A stretch of 64,000 nucleotides of DNA from Rhynchopus sp. YZ270_cl-10 (Eukaryota), in assembly GCA_964035575.1 (NCBI GenBank), contig OZ037835.1:2108001-2172000 (forward strand), given 5' to 3'. The notes under the pieces are model-generated. The model searched no databases, was not told where the DNA came from, and was given only the letters and a program-made list of their open reading frames with translations. How positions within the stretch are numbered: the stretch's first letter is position 1; each line of letters starts with the position of its first letter. Positions 33,516 to 43,699 of this stretch are shown here, in pieces. A program made the position numbers and the translations under genes.

Positions 33516-34499
33516 ATGGAAGTAGTTATCAAGGACTGTGCAGACAACTCGTACGTTATCGAGGTGGGTGTGGATGACACAACGGAGACGATGCGGCAGA
33601 AGGTGGCGTCTGCAGTGGGGTTGGCTGAGGACAGCTTCCACATGGGCTTCGGAGGGAAGGACGAAGGAGACGACATCACGCAGCTGAGTGCTGGAGACAC
33701 AATCATCCTGACGAAAAGTAAGACGTTCGATGCCAGAGCAGCACTTCATGCGTTGGGTGAGGACATCACAGCAGAGAGGCTGGCGACTGTGGAGGATCCT
33801 GAGGTTGCGTGTTTGCTTCTGCAGGCGGAGGTTGCGACTGTCATTCCGAATAGGTTCCTGGCGCGCACATCGTTAACAGCACTTGATCTGAGTGCTGTGT
33901 CGTGTGTGACGGAAGTTGGTGATGACTTTCTTTACCAGTGCACATCGTTGACAAGCATCGACCTGTCTGGGTTGACACGTCTCACGCGGGTTGGTACCCA
34001 CTTTCTTGACAGCTGCACCAGCCTCACAGCAGTGGACTTATCGCCACTTCGCAATGTTACACACATTGCTACATACTTTCTTGCCTACTGCACCAGCCTC
34101 ACAGCAGTAGATTTGTCACCACTTCGCAATGTTACTCAAATTGATTACCGGTTTCTTTACAACTGCAGGAGCCTCACAGCAGTAGACTTATCGCCACTCA
34201 GCAATGTTACTCACGTTGGCACAAGCTTTCTTTCCCACTGCACCAGCCTCACAGAACTCGACCTGTCACCACTCAGCAGAGTTACGCACTTTGATGTGCT
34301 TCCTGCTTACAAATGCACTTCATTGAGGAGCATCCACCTTGGCGGCTGCAGCAGTGCTGTGTCCAGTCGAGTACGTGAATGCACGGTGAAGAAGTATGTG
34401 GTTGACGCACCTGCACCTCCACCTCCACCTCCACCTCCACCTCCGACACGTGTCAGAGACAAGACGAAAGCAGACTCGCATTGCTGCAGTGTTTCGTAA
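33516..34499 (+). CDS. Ubl-LRR-polyPro-CaaX protein (3 variable modules)
   Basis: Paralog of 27216 and 28830 with fewer 75-bp modules and a longer poly-Pro; ends HCCSVS*. Confidence 0.9.
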   Translation: MEVVIKDCADNSYVIEVGVDDTTETMRQKVASAVGLAEDSFHMGFGGKDEGDDITQLSAGDTIILTKSKTFDARAALHALGEDITAERLATVEDPEVACLLLQAEVATVIPNRFLARTSLTALDLSAVSCVTEVGDDFLYQCTSLTSIDLSGLTRLTRVGTHFLDSCTSLTAVDLSPLRNVTHIATYFLAYCTSLTAVDLSPLRNVTQIDYRFLYNCRSLTAVDLSPLSNVTHVGTSFLSHCTSLTELDLSPLSRVTHFDVLPAYKCTSLRSIHLGGCSSAVSSRVRECTVKKYVVDAPAPPPPPPPPPPTRVRDKTKADSHCCSVS

Positions 34500-35145
34500 A
34501 GAGCGACAGGAGAAGCTGGGCAAGGAACTTCGAGCAGCTCCGCTGTGGCAGCTGCTTCACTCAGCTGCGCAACTCACTGAGGTGTGCCTTCGAATATCGC
34601 CGCCCATTTGGTCGAGGAGGCATGAGTGATAGACGTTGTCGCTGTGGTATCCCGCCTCGTCAGAGGCAGGTGCTTTTTGACACAGCAACTTCGTGAGTCA
34701 GTATCGGTCTGCGAATCAAATTGAAAACGGTGTGTTTGCGCGTCATATCGCAGAGGATAGAGAAACTGAAAAGTCATGAAAATACAAAACTGACGTGAAG
34801 CCAACGAAAGGATGGTAGCCAAGTTCAAAAGGAGAACATAGTGGGGCACACTCCTCGGGTGTCTACACTAATACAACGAAGCTTGCAAAAAAAAAAAAAA
34901 CAAATCAAAACAAAACAAAAGACCTCTCACCCCTTGTAGCCTGTTTAAGACCTCGTGTGGTCACGAAGGTTGTTCGCCCCTACGTGGGTGTAGCACCTTT
35001 GTACCCTTAGCTTCCAAACACTCTTCTGCACACTTGCAAGTTGTCCTCTTCCTCTTTTGGTTGCTTTGTCTTGCCCCACTATGCATGGCTTGCGGAGTAT
35101 CTTTCTAAGGGTTGTGGACGAACACATCTGCCATTCTGGATGATC
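34500..35145. repeat. segmental duplication of the downstream region at 30102..31130
   Basis: Near-identical blocks: 30102-30200 and 30604-31130 versus 34500-35145. Confidence 0.85.
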
Positions 35146-35189
35146 ACTGCTCTCATGGCAGCAATCCCCTATCGATTAGAGTGACAAGA

Positions 35190-35246
35190 AACCTTGTTGA
35201 TCCTGCCAGTAGTCATATCATTTCGTATGCTTTGTTTTCCATGGAT
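35190..35246 (+). pseudogene. short relic of the 18S rRNA 5' end
   Basis: AACCTTGTTGATCCTGCCAGTAGTCATAT matches the conserved eukaryotic SSU 5' terminus AACCTGGTTGATCCTGCCAGTAGTCATAT with one mismatch, followed by a degenerate TATGCTT(T)GTTT. No further rRNA. Confidence 0.7.
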
Positions 35247-35561
35247 GAGAGTCACATTTAACCATAATACTATTACTTTCTTCAACAACATCATCCACAC
35301 CCCATCCCACTACCTAGCAGATTTTCTTGCATTTTTTTACACACTTTCCTCCCCTCTTTTCTTTTCGTCGCTAAACACACAAGAAGGCTTCCTCCGTTCC
35401 CCTTCTGATCTCCTATTTGCCTCTAAATTCTGTATTTTCCTTTTCTTTTTTGTACATTTCCTCTTTTTATAAATCTTGAGAAGTCCAGTCTGATTTGGTA
35501 TTCCCCGCAACACCGCCAAAACACCACCAAAACTCGAGTCAAACATCAGGGAAGTGATACG

Positions 35562-37670
35562 ATGGTGTACCAACGCATTAAAGAGCTGCTCTTTTTCGAC
35601 AATGCGACTGCGACAAGGGAGCAAATTCATCAGAAGATTGTGTTCCTGGTCACAACTGTGAGTGCGCTTGTCCCCCTCCCCGTTCTCCCGCAGATGATCG
35701 AACGAGCCTCGCACGACGTGTACAATGTGGTCGGCTACTTTGGAATCTTATTTGCGATGACGGGGTCGTCTGTCTGTGCGCTGCTTGGCTTCCACGTGAA
35801 CCCTGTGTATGTGTCGGTCGTCACCTTTACTTGCATAGTGCTGCAGGACTTTTCGTTCAACGCTGTCGGGCAGGAGTACTGGTCTACCTTCGTTCTTGTC
35901 TTTGACTTCCTTCTGGTCACCCGATCCAACCACCGCGCCACGATGTGCATAGTCTGCTCCGCTGTCGTATGGCTGTTGATACTGGCGTTGGAACACAGCT
36001 TCCGCTTTGGCCTGTTGGATGCCCCGTTGTTGCCCAGCCAGTATGGGGAGTACAGCAGGCATGAGGCGCTAGCAAAGCTTGGGGAGTGCGAGGCACTGCC
36101 GTGCGCGTTGGGGCTGGAGGGTGCGGTGTACAAAAACATGCGAGGGGTGTTCATCCTGCTAGTGGACTTCGTGGCGACGAGGGGGTTTGCAGAGCAGGTG
36201 CGTAAGGAGCAGGATGCGATGGAGTACACGATTGACAAGATGCAGGAGATTGCGTCCTTGCTTGCGGCGTACGACGTCGACAGCGTGGCACGTGTACTGC
36301 AGGCTGAGGACACGTTGTTGCCCACAAAGATGCACGCAACGCTGAAGAAGATGGAGCAGAACCTCCGTCGCTACCGTCCCTACCTCCCGGCAGCGCTCTT
36401 CGAAGGTGTGCACGAGGCCGACGCCGTCTCGCCCCTGCACACACCCGTCGCACCGCCCGGTGCGTGTGGGGAGGCCACTGTGGTCTTCACAGACATCCGC
36501 TCCTCCACGCACATCTGGGAGATTGCGCCCGAGGGCATGCGCGCTGGGCTTCGCATCCACAACGCAGTGCTGCGGGAGGCAATGCATGTGTTTGGCGGGT
36601 ACGAAGTGAAGACCATCGGCGACGCCTTCATGGTAGCCTTTGAGACCACGAGGGACGGTGTTTCGTTTGGGCTCAACGTGCACGAACTGCTGCGTGAGGC
36701 AGACTGGCCTGCGTCGCTGCTTGAGAACGCTCCGATCTGTGCTGAGCAGGGCACACTTTGGGGTGGCCTGACTGTGCGTATTGGCATCAACAGTGGTCCT
36801 GTATCTGTTGAGACGAACACACTAACTGGACGACAGGATTACTTTGGAAACACTGTGAATGTTGCAGCACGTCTTGAGAGCATCTGCACACCTGGCGCTG
36901 TTGCTATGCGCGCTGACTTGTGGGCTGAGCACTCCTGTGCAGCAGCTGTGGCGGGCGACGTTGTGCCGCTGGACCTGAAAGGGCTGTCGGGGAACACCTC
37001 GGTGTGCTTTCTGTGGCCGCTTTCCTTGGGCGGGCGCAAGCACACACCTCTGCGTGAGACGTACTCTATGGGGGATGCTGTCAACGACTGTGCGTCCTCA
37101 CGCGCTATGTCCTTTGCATCGGTCCTAAGCTCGTCACACTCGGTGACGTCCGGTCCACACACGCGCCAGGTGATGGGCACTGTCGGCATCGCGGAGCTCT
37201 CCATCGGCACTGAAGGCTCCACATCGATGCTTGCACGTGTCAGCTACGGCATATCCGCACTGACAGTGGCGCTGGATCAAAGTGGTGGCATTCTGGTGTC
37301 GCTGCTGGGGACCTACGCCTGTATCGGGTGGAACCTGACACGCACGACGCCGACACACATCGAGAACGCAGTGCGCTTTGCACAGCGTGTCTTGCGTGGG
37401 GTCTCGCTGCGTGGGCTTGGGCTTGCCACTGGGCCTTTACACCACGGCGATGTGGGTGCGCGCAAGCACCGCTTCGTGATAGTGCTTGGGCACAGCGTGC
37501 GACGCAGCTGGGCGCTGTGCGAAGACGCAGTTCGCGACGAACGTGGCTGCTTCTACGAGCCACCGCCAGGCACAGTGTTCCCCTCAGCGATGGAGGGCCT
37601 TGTCACACCAGACTGCCGCGAAGGCATCTACAGAGTGGTGCTGCTTGCCTCGAGGGACCAGGTGCTGTGA
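35562..37670 (+). CDS. multi-pass membrane class III adenylate cyclase (intact domain + degenerate second domain)
   Basis: About 6 TM segments; LRRYRPYLP linker; VVFTDIRSST, YEVKTIGDAFM, VRIGINSG and RQDYFGNTVNVAARLE retain the metal Asps, the K/D ATP-specifying residues and the N/R catalytic pair. C-terminal pseudo-domain GLATGPLHHGDVG. Confidence 0.92.
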   Translation: MVYQRIKELLFFDNATATREQIHQKIVFLVTTVSALVPLPVLPQMIERASHDVYNVVGYFGILFAMTGSSVCALLGFHVNPVYVSVVTFTCIVLQDFSFNAVGQEYWSTFVLVFDFLLVTRSNHRATMCIVCSAVVWLLILALEHSFRFGLLDAPLLPSQYGEYSRHEALAKLGECEALPCALGLEGAVYKNMRGVFILLVDFVATRGFAEQVRKEQDAMEYTIDKMQEIASLLAAYDVDSVARVLQAEDTLLPTKMHATLKKMEQNLRRYRPYLPAALFEGVHEADAVSPLHTPVAPPGACGEATVVFTDIRSSTHIWEIAPEGMRAGLRIHNAVLREAMHVFGGYEVKTIGDAFMVAFETTRDGVSFGLNVHELLREADWPASLLENAPICAEQGTLWGGLTVRIGINSGPVSVETNTLTGRQDYFGNTVNVAARLESICTPGAVAMRADLWAEHSCAAAVAGDVVPLDLKGLSGNTSVCFLWPLSLGGRKHTPLRETYSMGDAVNDCASSRAMSFASVLSSSHSVTSGPHTRQVMGTVGIAELSIGTEGSTSMLARVSYGISALTVALDQSGGILVSLLGTYACIGWNLTRTTPTHIENAVRFAQRVLRGVSLRGLGLATGPLHHGDVGARKHRFVIVLGHSVRRSWALCEDAVRDERGCFYEPPPGTVFPSAMEGLVTPDCREGIYRVVLLASRDQVL

Positions 37671-37713
37671 GACGGGACCAGGTGCTGTGAGACGGGACCA
37701 GGTGCTGTGAGAC
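37654..37713. repeat. 3 x 20-bp tandem repeat spanning the stop codon
   Basis: GGGACCAGGTGCTGTGAGAC x3. Confidence 0.9.
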
Positions 37714-39518
37714 GCTGAGTCGGTGCTTGGTAGGTGCTTGCAGGGAGATGCCACGGCAAAGGAGTCCAGTCACGTTGACGTTGTGCGCTGTGGTGATGTA
37801 CGGGTCTCCTGAAGCTGCCGATCTGGACCAACCGCACAGAGAAGAGCTGCCTGTGGCTATCGAGCATGCCACCATATTTTACATGACAGCTAGTCGTACT
37901 GCTGTTTACTTTAATGAATTTGAAAAAAATTGAAATCAGAAAAGACTTTTTATTTTATGATTCCATGCAATGCGAAAAGGAACTTGAACGCCGTGCACCA
38001 ACTCCCTTCCATTTTCTAATCTGGGACGGAGCCACATGTCACCGCTAAGTCGATGTGTGTCTTTCACCACAACCTCTCCCTTTTGTCTATTGTTTTGCGG
38101 GGGGTGGGGAAACAAAAAAAAAGGAAAAAGTAGGAGTGCTGTGTTTAATGTTACTAGTAAAATGTTTTGAATAGAAATTCTGTTTGTGGTCATCGTGCAC
38201 ACGGCGCTTCGTCATGGAGAACTTCTTTTATGTCCCTAGTTTTAAGTGTGAAACGTTTCTCCATGTATTGCACGGGAACAATAGGACAAACAGGTGCAAG
38301 GTGGTTCCGTGCTTATCATAGAACCCGGCACCTTGTGTGTCTCCCAAAAAAGCGTTGTGTGTGTAGTTTTGAAGCATAAGCAGAGCTTGCAGGAGGGAAG
38401 AAAGGGAACATATTGTTCTGTATTGTTGTTTTCTTGGAAATCGGATGACACACGGTTTTCCAACTTGTGTCGCACAACACCCCCCCGTTCAGTACTGCTT
38501 CTGCACTGCTGTTGTTATTGTGGTCAGATGCCTTTCCTCCCCTTCACCCTCTGGTTCTTCTGTACTTTTCTGTGGTTGATTGTAGTGGCCTCTCACAGCC
38601 CGCACTCACCATTCCCTCTTTGGGTTTGTGTTTTGCTTTACACAGGTTACACAGTTTTCGACGGAGCGTGCTCACGTGTTATGTGAGATTCTACGCCTTT
38701 CTTTTGAACAAGACTATCACACCCCCCATGTTTTTTTTGTATAGGTCAAACGCAGTTGACAATTGGAAATGCTGCAGTCGCTCGAACTCTTCCTTCTCAC
38801 ACATCACCAATTCTGTACGCGAATTTCACCTCTGCTCCATTTCTTGTCCTTCTGACGACAGCATGCGGAAAGTTCCGGCATGCTGCTCGTGTCTGGCATA
38901 GCTCCGAGTGTGCCGTCCTTCTCCGAATCCTCGCACTCCTCCTCCTCTGGTGGTATTGTGGTCGGTCTGCCCCTGGCCGTTACGTACGCGAACCAAGCGG
39001 ACGGCGGGCATGCCGAAACCCAAATCTTGGCCGACTCAATGAAGGCCGTGTCAACGGGGCTATGGGGTATTTGTTCAGGCAGGAGCTTGCACAGCTCTCT
39101 CTGCACCACACGTACAACTCACATGGGTGTGTGCGGCGTCGCACTCCGATACGAGCACGCAAGCTGATACCAAACCCGGAGGTGTAGAGGGTGAGGTCCC
39201 ATGATGCGTCTGTGGGGCCTGGAAGTCCCCGTGGTACGACGCTGGTTGGCTATGGTTAATGAACCAGTGAACTCCCTTTTTTTAAAGTCCTGCTTTGGTG
39301 GAATGAAGCGATCGTTCAACTGCTTCGGCAGTGACCCTCCTTTTTTAGAATGCACAAATTCGATGGAAGCGTGCAACTAACAAACTCACCCCTGTTTCGT
39401 TTCCCGTTTCCCTGTGTGGGGTGAAGATAGCTATTTACAGTGTAGTATATCTTGACCTCCTCATCTCTTATCTCTTGCATCCCTCCCCCCACAGCACCCC
39501 CACAACACCCCCCCCACG

Positions 39519-40742
39519 ATGACGATGGAGGTCACGTTCGAATGTTTGACCACATCTGAGTCGTGCAATGTCGACATCAACATGGACTGCACCGTTGCGC
39601 AGCTGAGACGGCACGCGAAGCAGTCGCTGCGCCCCACTGCGGGTGCAAGCGTGGAAGCTACGCTGTACCGCAGCCTCTACGGGGGACGGGAGGAGTTCGT
39701 AAACGACAAGGCGCTTGTCTTTGATGTCATCTACTCGGGCGACACTGTCCTCGTCAGCTTCGAACTCAGCAGCAAATGGGCGTCCCCTGCTTCGTACCCT
39801 TGCCGCAGTCTTGCGTCGGACCTATGCGGCAACTGGATTGGCTTTGGCGTAGCAGGCGTCGGCATCCTTAACCTCGAAAACGGTGAGCAGATCAACTTCG
39901 ACAGCACATCCTTCGTACGCGACCGCTGCCTGGTGCTGACCACGACGCACATCGTCTTCTCCAGCAACACAGCCCTCATCTTTGTGAACCGCAAGACCGG
40001 GAAGCCCACCACCAGAATACCACACAACATGGACGTCCAGATGCTCTCTGCCATGCCCAACGGGAAGGAGGTTGCTGTCGGGACGAAAAACCAGATCAGC
40101 ATCTACAGCAACGCAGGCGAGTTCTTCCGGGAGCTTGACTGCTGCGGCGAATCCTTCGCTGTGTCCCCTTGCGGTGCGATGATCTTCCAGAACAACAACC
40201 CAGACATGCTCATCGTCGACCCACAGACTGGCGACGGCCTCGTACGCCTCAGGATGACCCACCACCGATCCCTCAACCTCAAACCGCAGTTCTCCCCGAA
40301 CTCCAAATTCATCCTCTGCAGCACCGAAGGTGAAGACCGTGTCCGTGTCGGCAACACCTCCACAGGAGAACTCGTCTGTGCAATCGCAAGAGGATCGTCG
40401 ACCATCCACGCTGCCTGCTTCAGCGCCTGCTCTAGATACCTCTTTACAAGCACCGAGTTTGTGTTCCAATGGGACACCCACAACGGCCGCTGTGTCAGCA
40501 AGATTCCCGTCGAGAACAACTCCCTTGTGCGTTTCCTTGCGGCATCAGAGGATGGGAAGAAGCTTGTGGTGTCCGGGAACGCTGTCAACGTGATCGTCAT
40601 CCCAGAAAAGTTCCAAGGCATGGGTGGGCAGGTGGTGGAGAAGAAGAAGAAGAAGGGGGTGGACAAGAAGGTGCAGGGGCAGGGCCAGCGCCAGGCTCCA
40701 GTGCAGGCGAAGGATGCAGGGTGTTCGTGTGTGTGCAGTTGA
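39519..40742 (+). CDS. Ubl-like + WD40-like beta-propeller protein with polybasic-CaaX tail
   Basis: N-terminus MEVTFECLTTSESCNVDINMDCTVAQLRRHA...YSGDTVLVS; propeller motifs FAVSPCG, QFSPNSKFIL, CFSACSRYL, WDTHNGRCV, ASEDGKKLVV; ends KKKKKG...GCSCVCS*. Confidence 0.82.
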   Translation: MTMEVTFECLTTSESCNVDINMDCTVAQLRRHAKQSLRPTAGASVEATLYRSLYGGREEFVNDKALVFDVIYSGDTVLVSFELSSKWASPASYPCRSLASDLCGNWIGFGVAGVGILNLENGEQINFDSTSFVRDRCLVLTTTHIVFSSNTALIFVNRKTGKPTTRIPHNMDVQMLSAMPNGKEVAVGTKNQISIYSNAGEFFRELDCCGESFAVSPCGAMIFQNNNPDMLIVDPQTGDGLVRLRMTHHRSLNLKPQFSPNSKFILCSTEGEDRVRVGNTSTGELVCAIARGSSTIHAACFSACSRYLFTSTEFVFQWDTHNGRCVSKIPVENNSLVRFLAASEDGKKLVVSGNAVNVIVIPEKFQGMGGQVVEKKKKKGVDKKVQGQGQRQAPVQAKDAGCSCVCS

Positions 40743-43699
40743 GTGGTATCATGGTGAAGCAAAAATGAATTGTATGGTTTTTTGCGTTGTGGTTTTACCG
40801 TTGGCTTACTACAGTGAAAGCACAAAATAAAATTCAAGACAATCCACTACCGTCACGATGGCTATCCTCGTGGGCAGTGGCAAAAACGTATTAATTTGCA
40901 AAAAAATAATAATTCAAAAAACAACAAAACGTTCCAGCCATGTGTATCTTTTCATCCCGCAGAAAGGTACACTCCTTGACGGTTGGTGGAACGGGGTGGG
41001 GAGGGAGGGGGGGTCAGGGTGGGGGTCTTATGGTTTGGGGTAATTTGGCGACCTTTTTTGTGAACGCCAAACATATTTGGAAGAACTGTACTGTCTTTGG
41101 GCCATATATAAAAAAGGCCACCAGGACTTTTGGTTCGTTGGTACATTGTGACCCTTTCTCTCGAGTAGTTTTTTTTTACATTTCCCCCCATTTTTTTTTT
41201 ATGCGAATTGAGGAAATATTGAAACATGATACGTGTTTTTTTGTTCATCCGAGGGGGTGTACGGAAGATACCTCTACTAGTTTCAATCATCACACCTCCC
41301 CCCTTTTTTTTTTCCCATTTCCACAATTTCCTTCCCCCTCTACCTTTACTAGAATCAACGTTGTGTATGTGACGTTAAGCTCATTCGGAGTAGGTTTGGC
41401 TGGCAATCGTGTGAAGAAATTTTGTTTTTTTTTATATCCACGTGTGTGTTGTATGGCTGGCAATGCAGGGTATCCCCTTGTTCTCGCAAAAAAACAGCAA
41501 AATTCTGGATTTGTTCTCATTTTTTTCCCTTTTTTTTTGGAGGGGGGTTTTTTTGCTCTTTTTTCGGGTTTTGCAAGCTCTACAGTCACTGTGTGGGTTT
41601 TTGTGACAGCCAACTGATATAAACCCCCTAGGAAAAAAGGGGAAAAAAAAACAACAAAATCCATAATTTCATGTTCTCGCTCTCACTTAGAACAGCCCTG
41701 TGGTGATGTGAATTTTTCTTTTTCTCTTTTTTTTTCTTTCTTTTTTTGATCAGACAAATTATTTTTGAGGGGAAATTATGAAATGACGTCACGTGTATTT
41801 CGTTTTGCTCACCTCCCCCGCTCACCTTCCCTTTCCCCTTTATGCACTCACCTCATTTCTGTTACGAGGGTTTTATTATTTGTCAACAGTTAAGACAAAT
41901 ACTTAAAGTCTTTGTGGGAAATGATTCAAATATCTGAGACTTTTTTGTTTTATTCCCCCACATGACCTGGGGAACGTACCCAACTGAACAAAAAAGCGAA
42001 ACGGGTTTTTTATTTATTTTTCCTAACACACAGTGTTATTAGAGAACCGGAATTCTAGCCAACGTTATGATCGTCTGATAGCCGACTATTTTTATTTTTC
42101 CCCACTCCCGTTACATCAGTTGCGCCAATTCAGATCTCACACACTGTTTGGCTGCGTTCAACGTAAGTAATATTCCTTTCTCAGTCGTGTCTCTCAACGA
42201 TCAGGTGATGCCCCGTAATAATTCCTGTTTTCAACTCTTGAGTGATCAAAGTGGTTACACACAGAGAGGCTTAGGTTCAATCTTATAATCTGGTGTGTTC
42301 CGGGTGGGACTTCACACATCTTCACAACTTTTTACAACTTTTTACAACATATAAAGTGCCGTGTTTTTTTGCGAACAAGAGTTGTGACTTGAAATGAAAA
42401 TTTGTATTTTCCGATACCCCTGGAACACACCAGTTTTAATGCTTTTCTTTTTTACCATTCAAAACTCCTTCTGGCGGAGCTGGCGCTGTGAGCTGTGGTG
42501 GGAAATCATCAAGTCTGGCGGAAGCAAACAACCTTTAGTTTCCCCCCCTCAAACATCCAACAAGCAAGCAAGCAAATAGTAACGAGTCTAGTCTAGTCTC
42601 TCGAGCATTTTTCATTTCAAAGCTCAAACTCCTTCTAGCGGAGCTAGCACTGTGAGCTGGGGTGGGGGGGTGGGTGGGGGAGGGAAACATGCACTAAGTC
42701 AACCTCCCCGTTTCGCGATTTTTTTTTTACCCCCTTTTTTTTAGATCAGAGTGTGTATGTTACGTTACGTTCCGTCTTTAGTGGTGCGTGCTTGATCCCT
42801 GTGGAAGAATAGTTCTCAATACGTAAAATAAAGATACTTAACCTGACGCAGGATCGTGCAACAGACCAGGTTGGTCGCACCCTCTACCTTATCCTTAGAT
42901 TGTTATTTTGTTGTTTGGTGGATGGGTCTGCAGGTGGGGGGGGAAAAACCCCAAAAAAAAAAAAATGGTTGTAGTGGAGCAACCCAGTTTACCGTGGTTC
43001 TACCCCATAGTTCTCCCAGGGATCACGTCGGCTGATGCACCAAAAAACCCCGAAAACCTTGGATTTGGCGAAAAATAATAAAAGCCCAACTGAAGTTCAG
43101 AATTCCCAAAAATGATAAAATATGCAACAAAACAAACAACAACAAAAAAAAAGTGCACACAACCAGGTTTTCAACAAAAAAAAAACAAGAAAAACAGCGT
43201 GCTGTTGGGGGTAGTTCCCTGTATTGTAATACTTTGTTTATTTGCCTGTTTTTTTTTGTACATATCAGATGTAAACCACGAAATGGATTGTAGGACTGCA
43301 TGGTTGGGTCCGCTCCTAGCCGGTCATATACCAAGGTACACTGTCACGAGAGGGCTTTGTATTTCAAGTTAACTTTTTTTTTTGACGCATTCTGTATCTC
43401 TGTACCTCTCTTAAGCATGTGTATGTGACTGTGGCGAGGGGACAAAAGTAAAATACCTGCAGAACATGGTGCAGTAGGTGAATTGACTTGTGGTTTCACC
43501 GTTGGTTTACAACAGTGAAACCACAAAAGTCAGGTCATTTGCTTCACCGTAGTGCAAAGAAAGGTCCTCTAACATCCAATGACAAACCAGTCCAGCAGGT
43601 GCCGTTTCTGTGCAGTTTACACAAAAACAAAGGACCCACCAGTTTATTTTGCGACAGCATTCTTCAGCCCTCAACATCCCACCTCCCCACTTCCACTCA

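Noticed and set aside
35190..35246. Functional 18S rRNA gene
   Set aside because: Similarity ends within ~55 nt; kept only as a relic.
38740..39376. GC-balanced coding-like stretch with several short ORFs on both strands
   Set aside because: No continuous frame or recognisable motif; cannot be assigned without a search.
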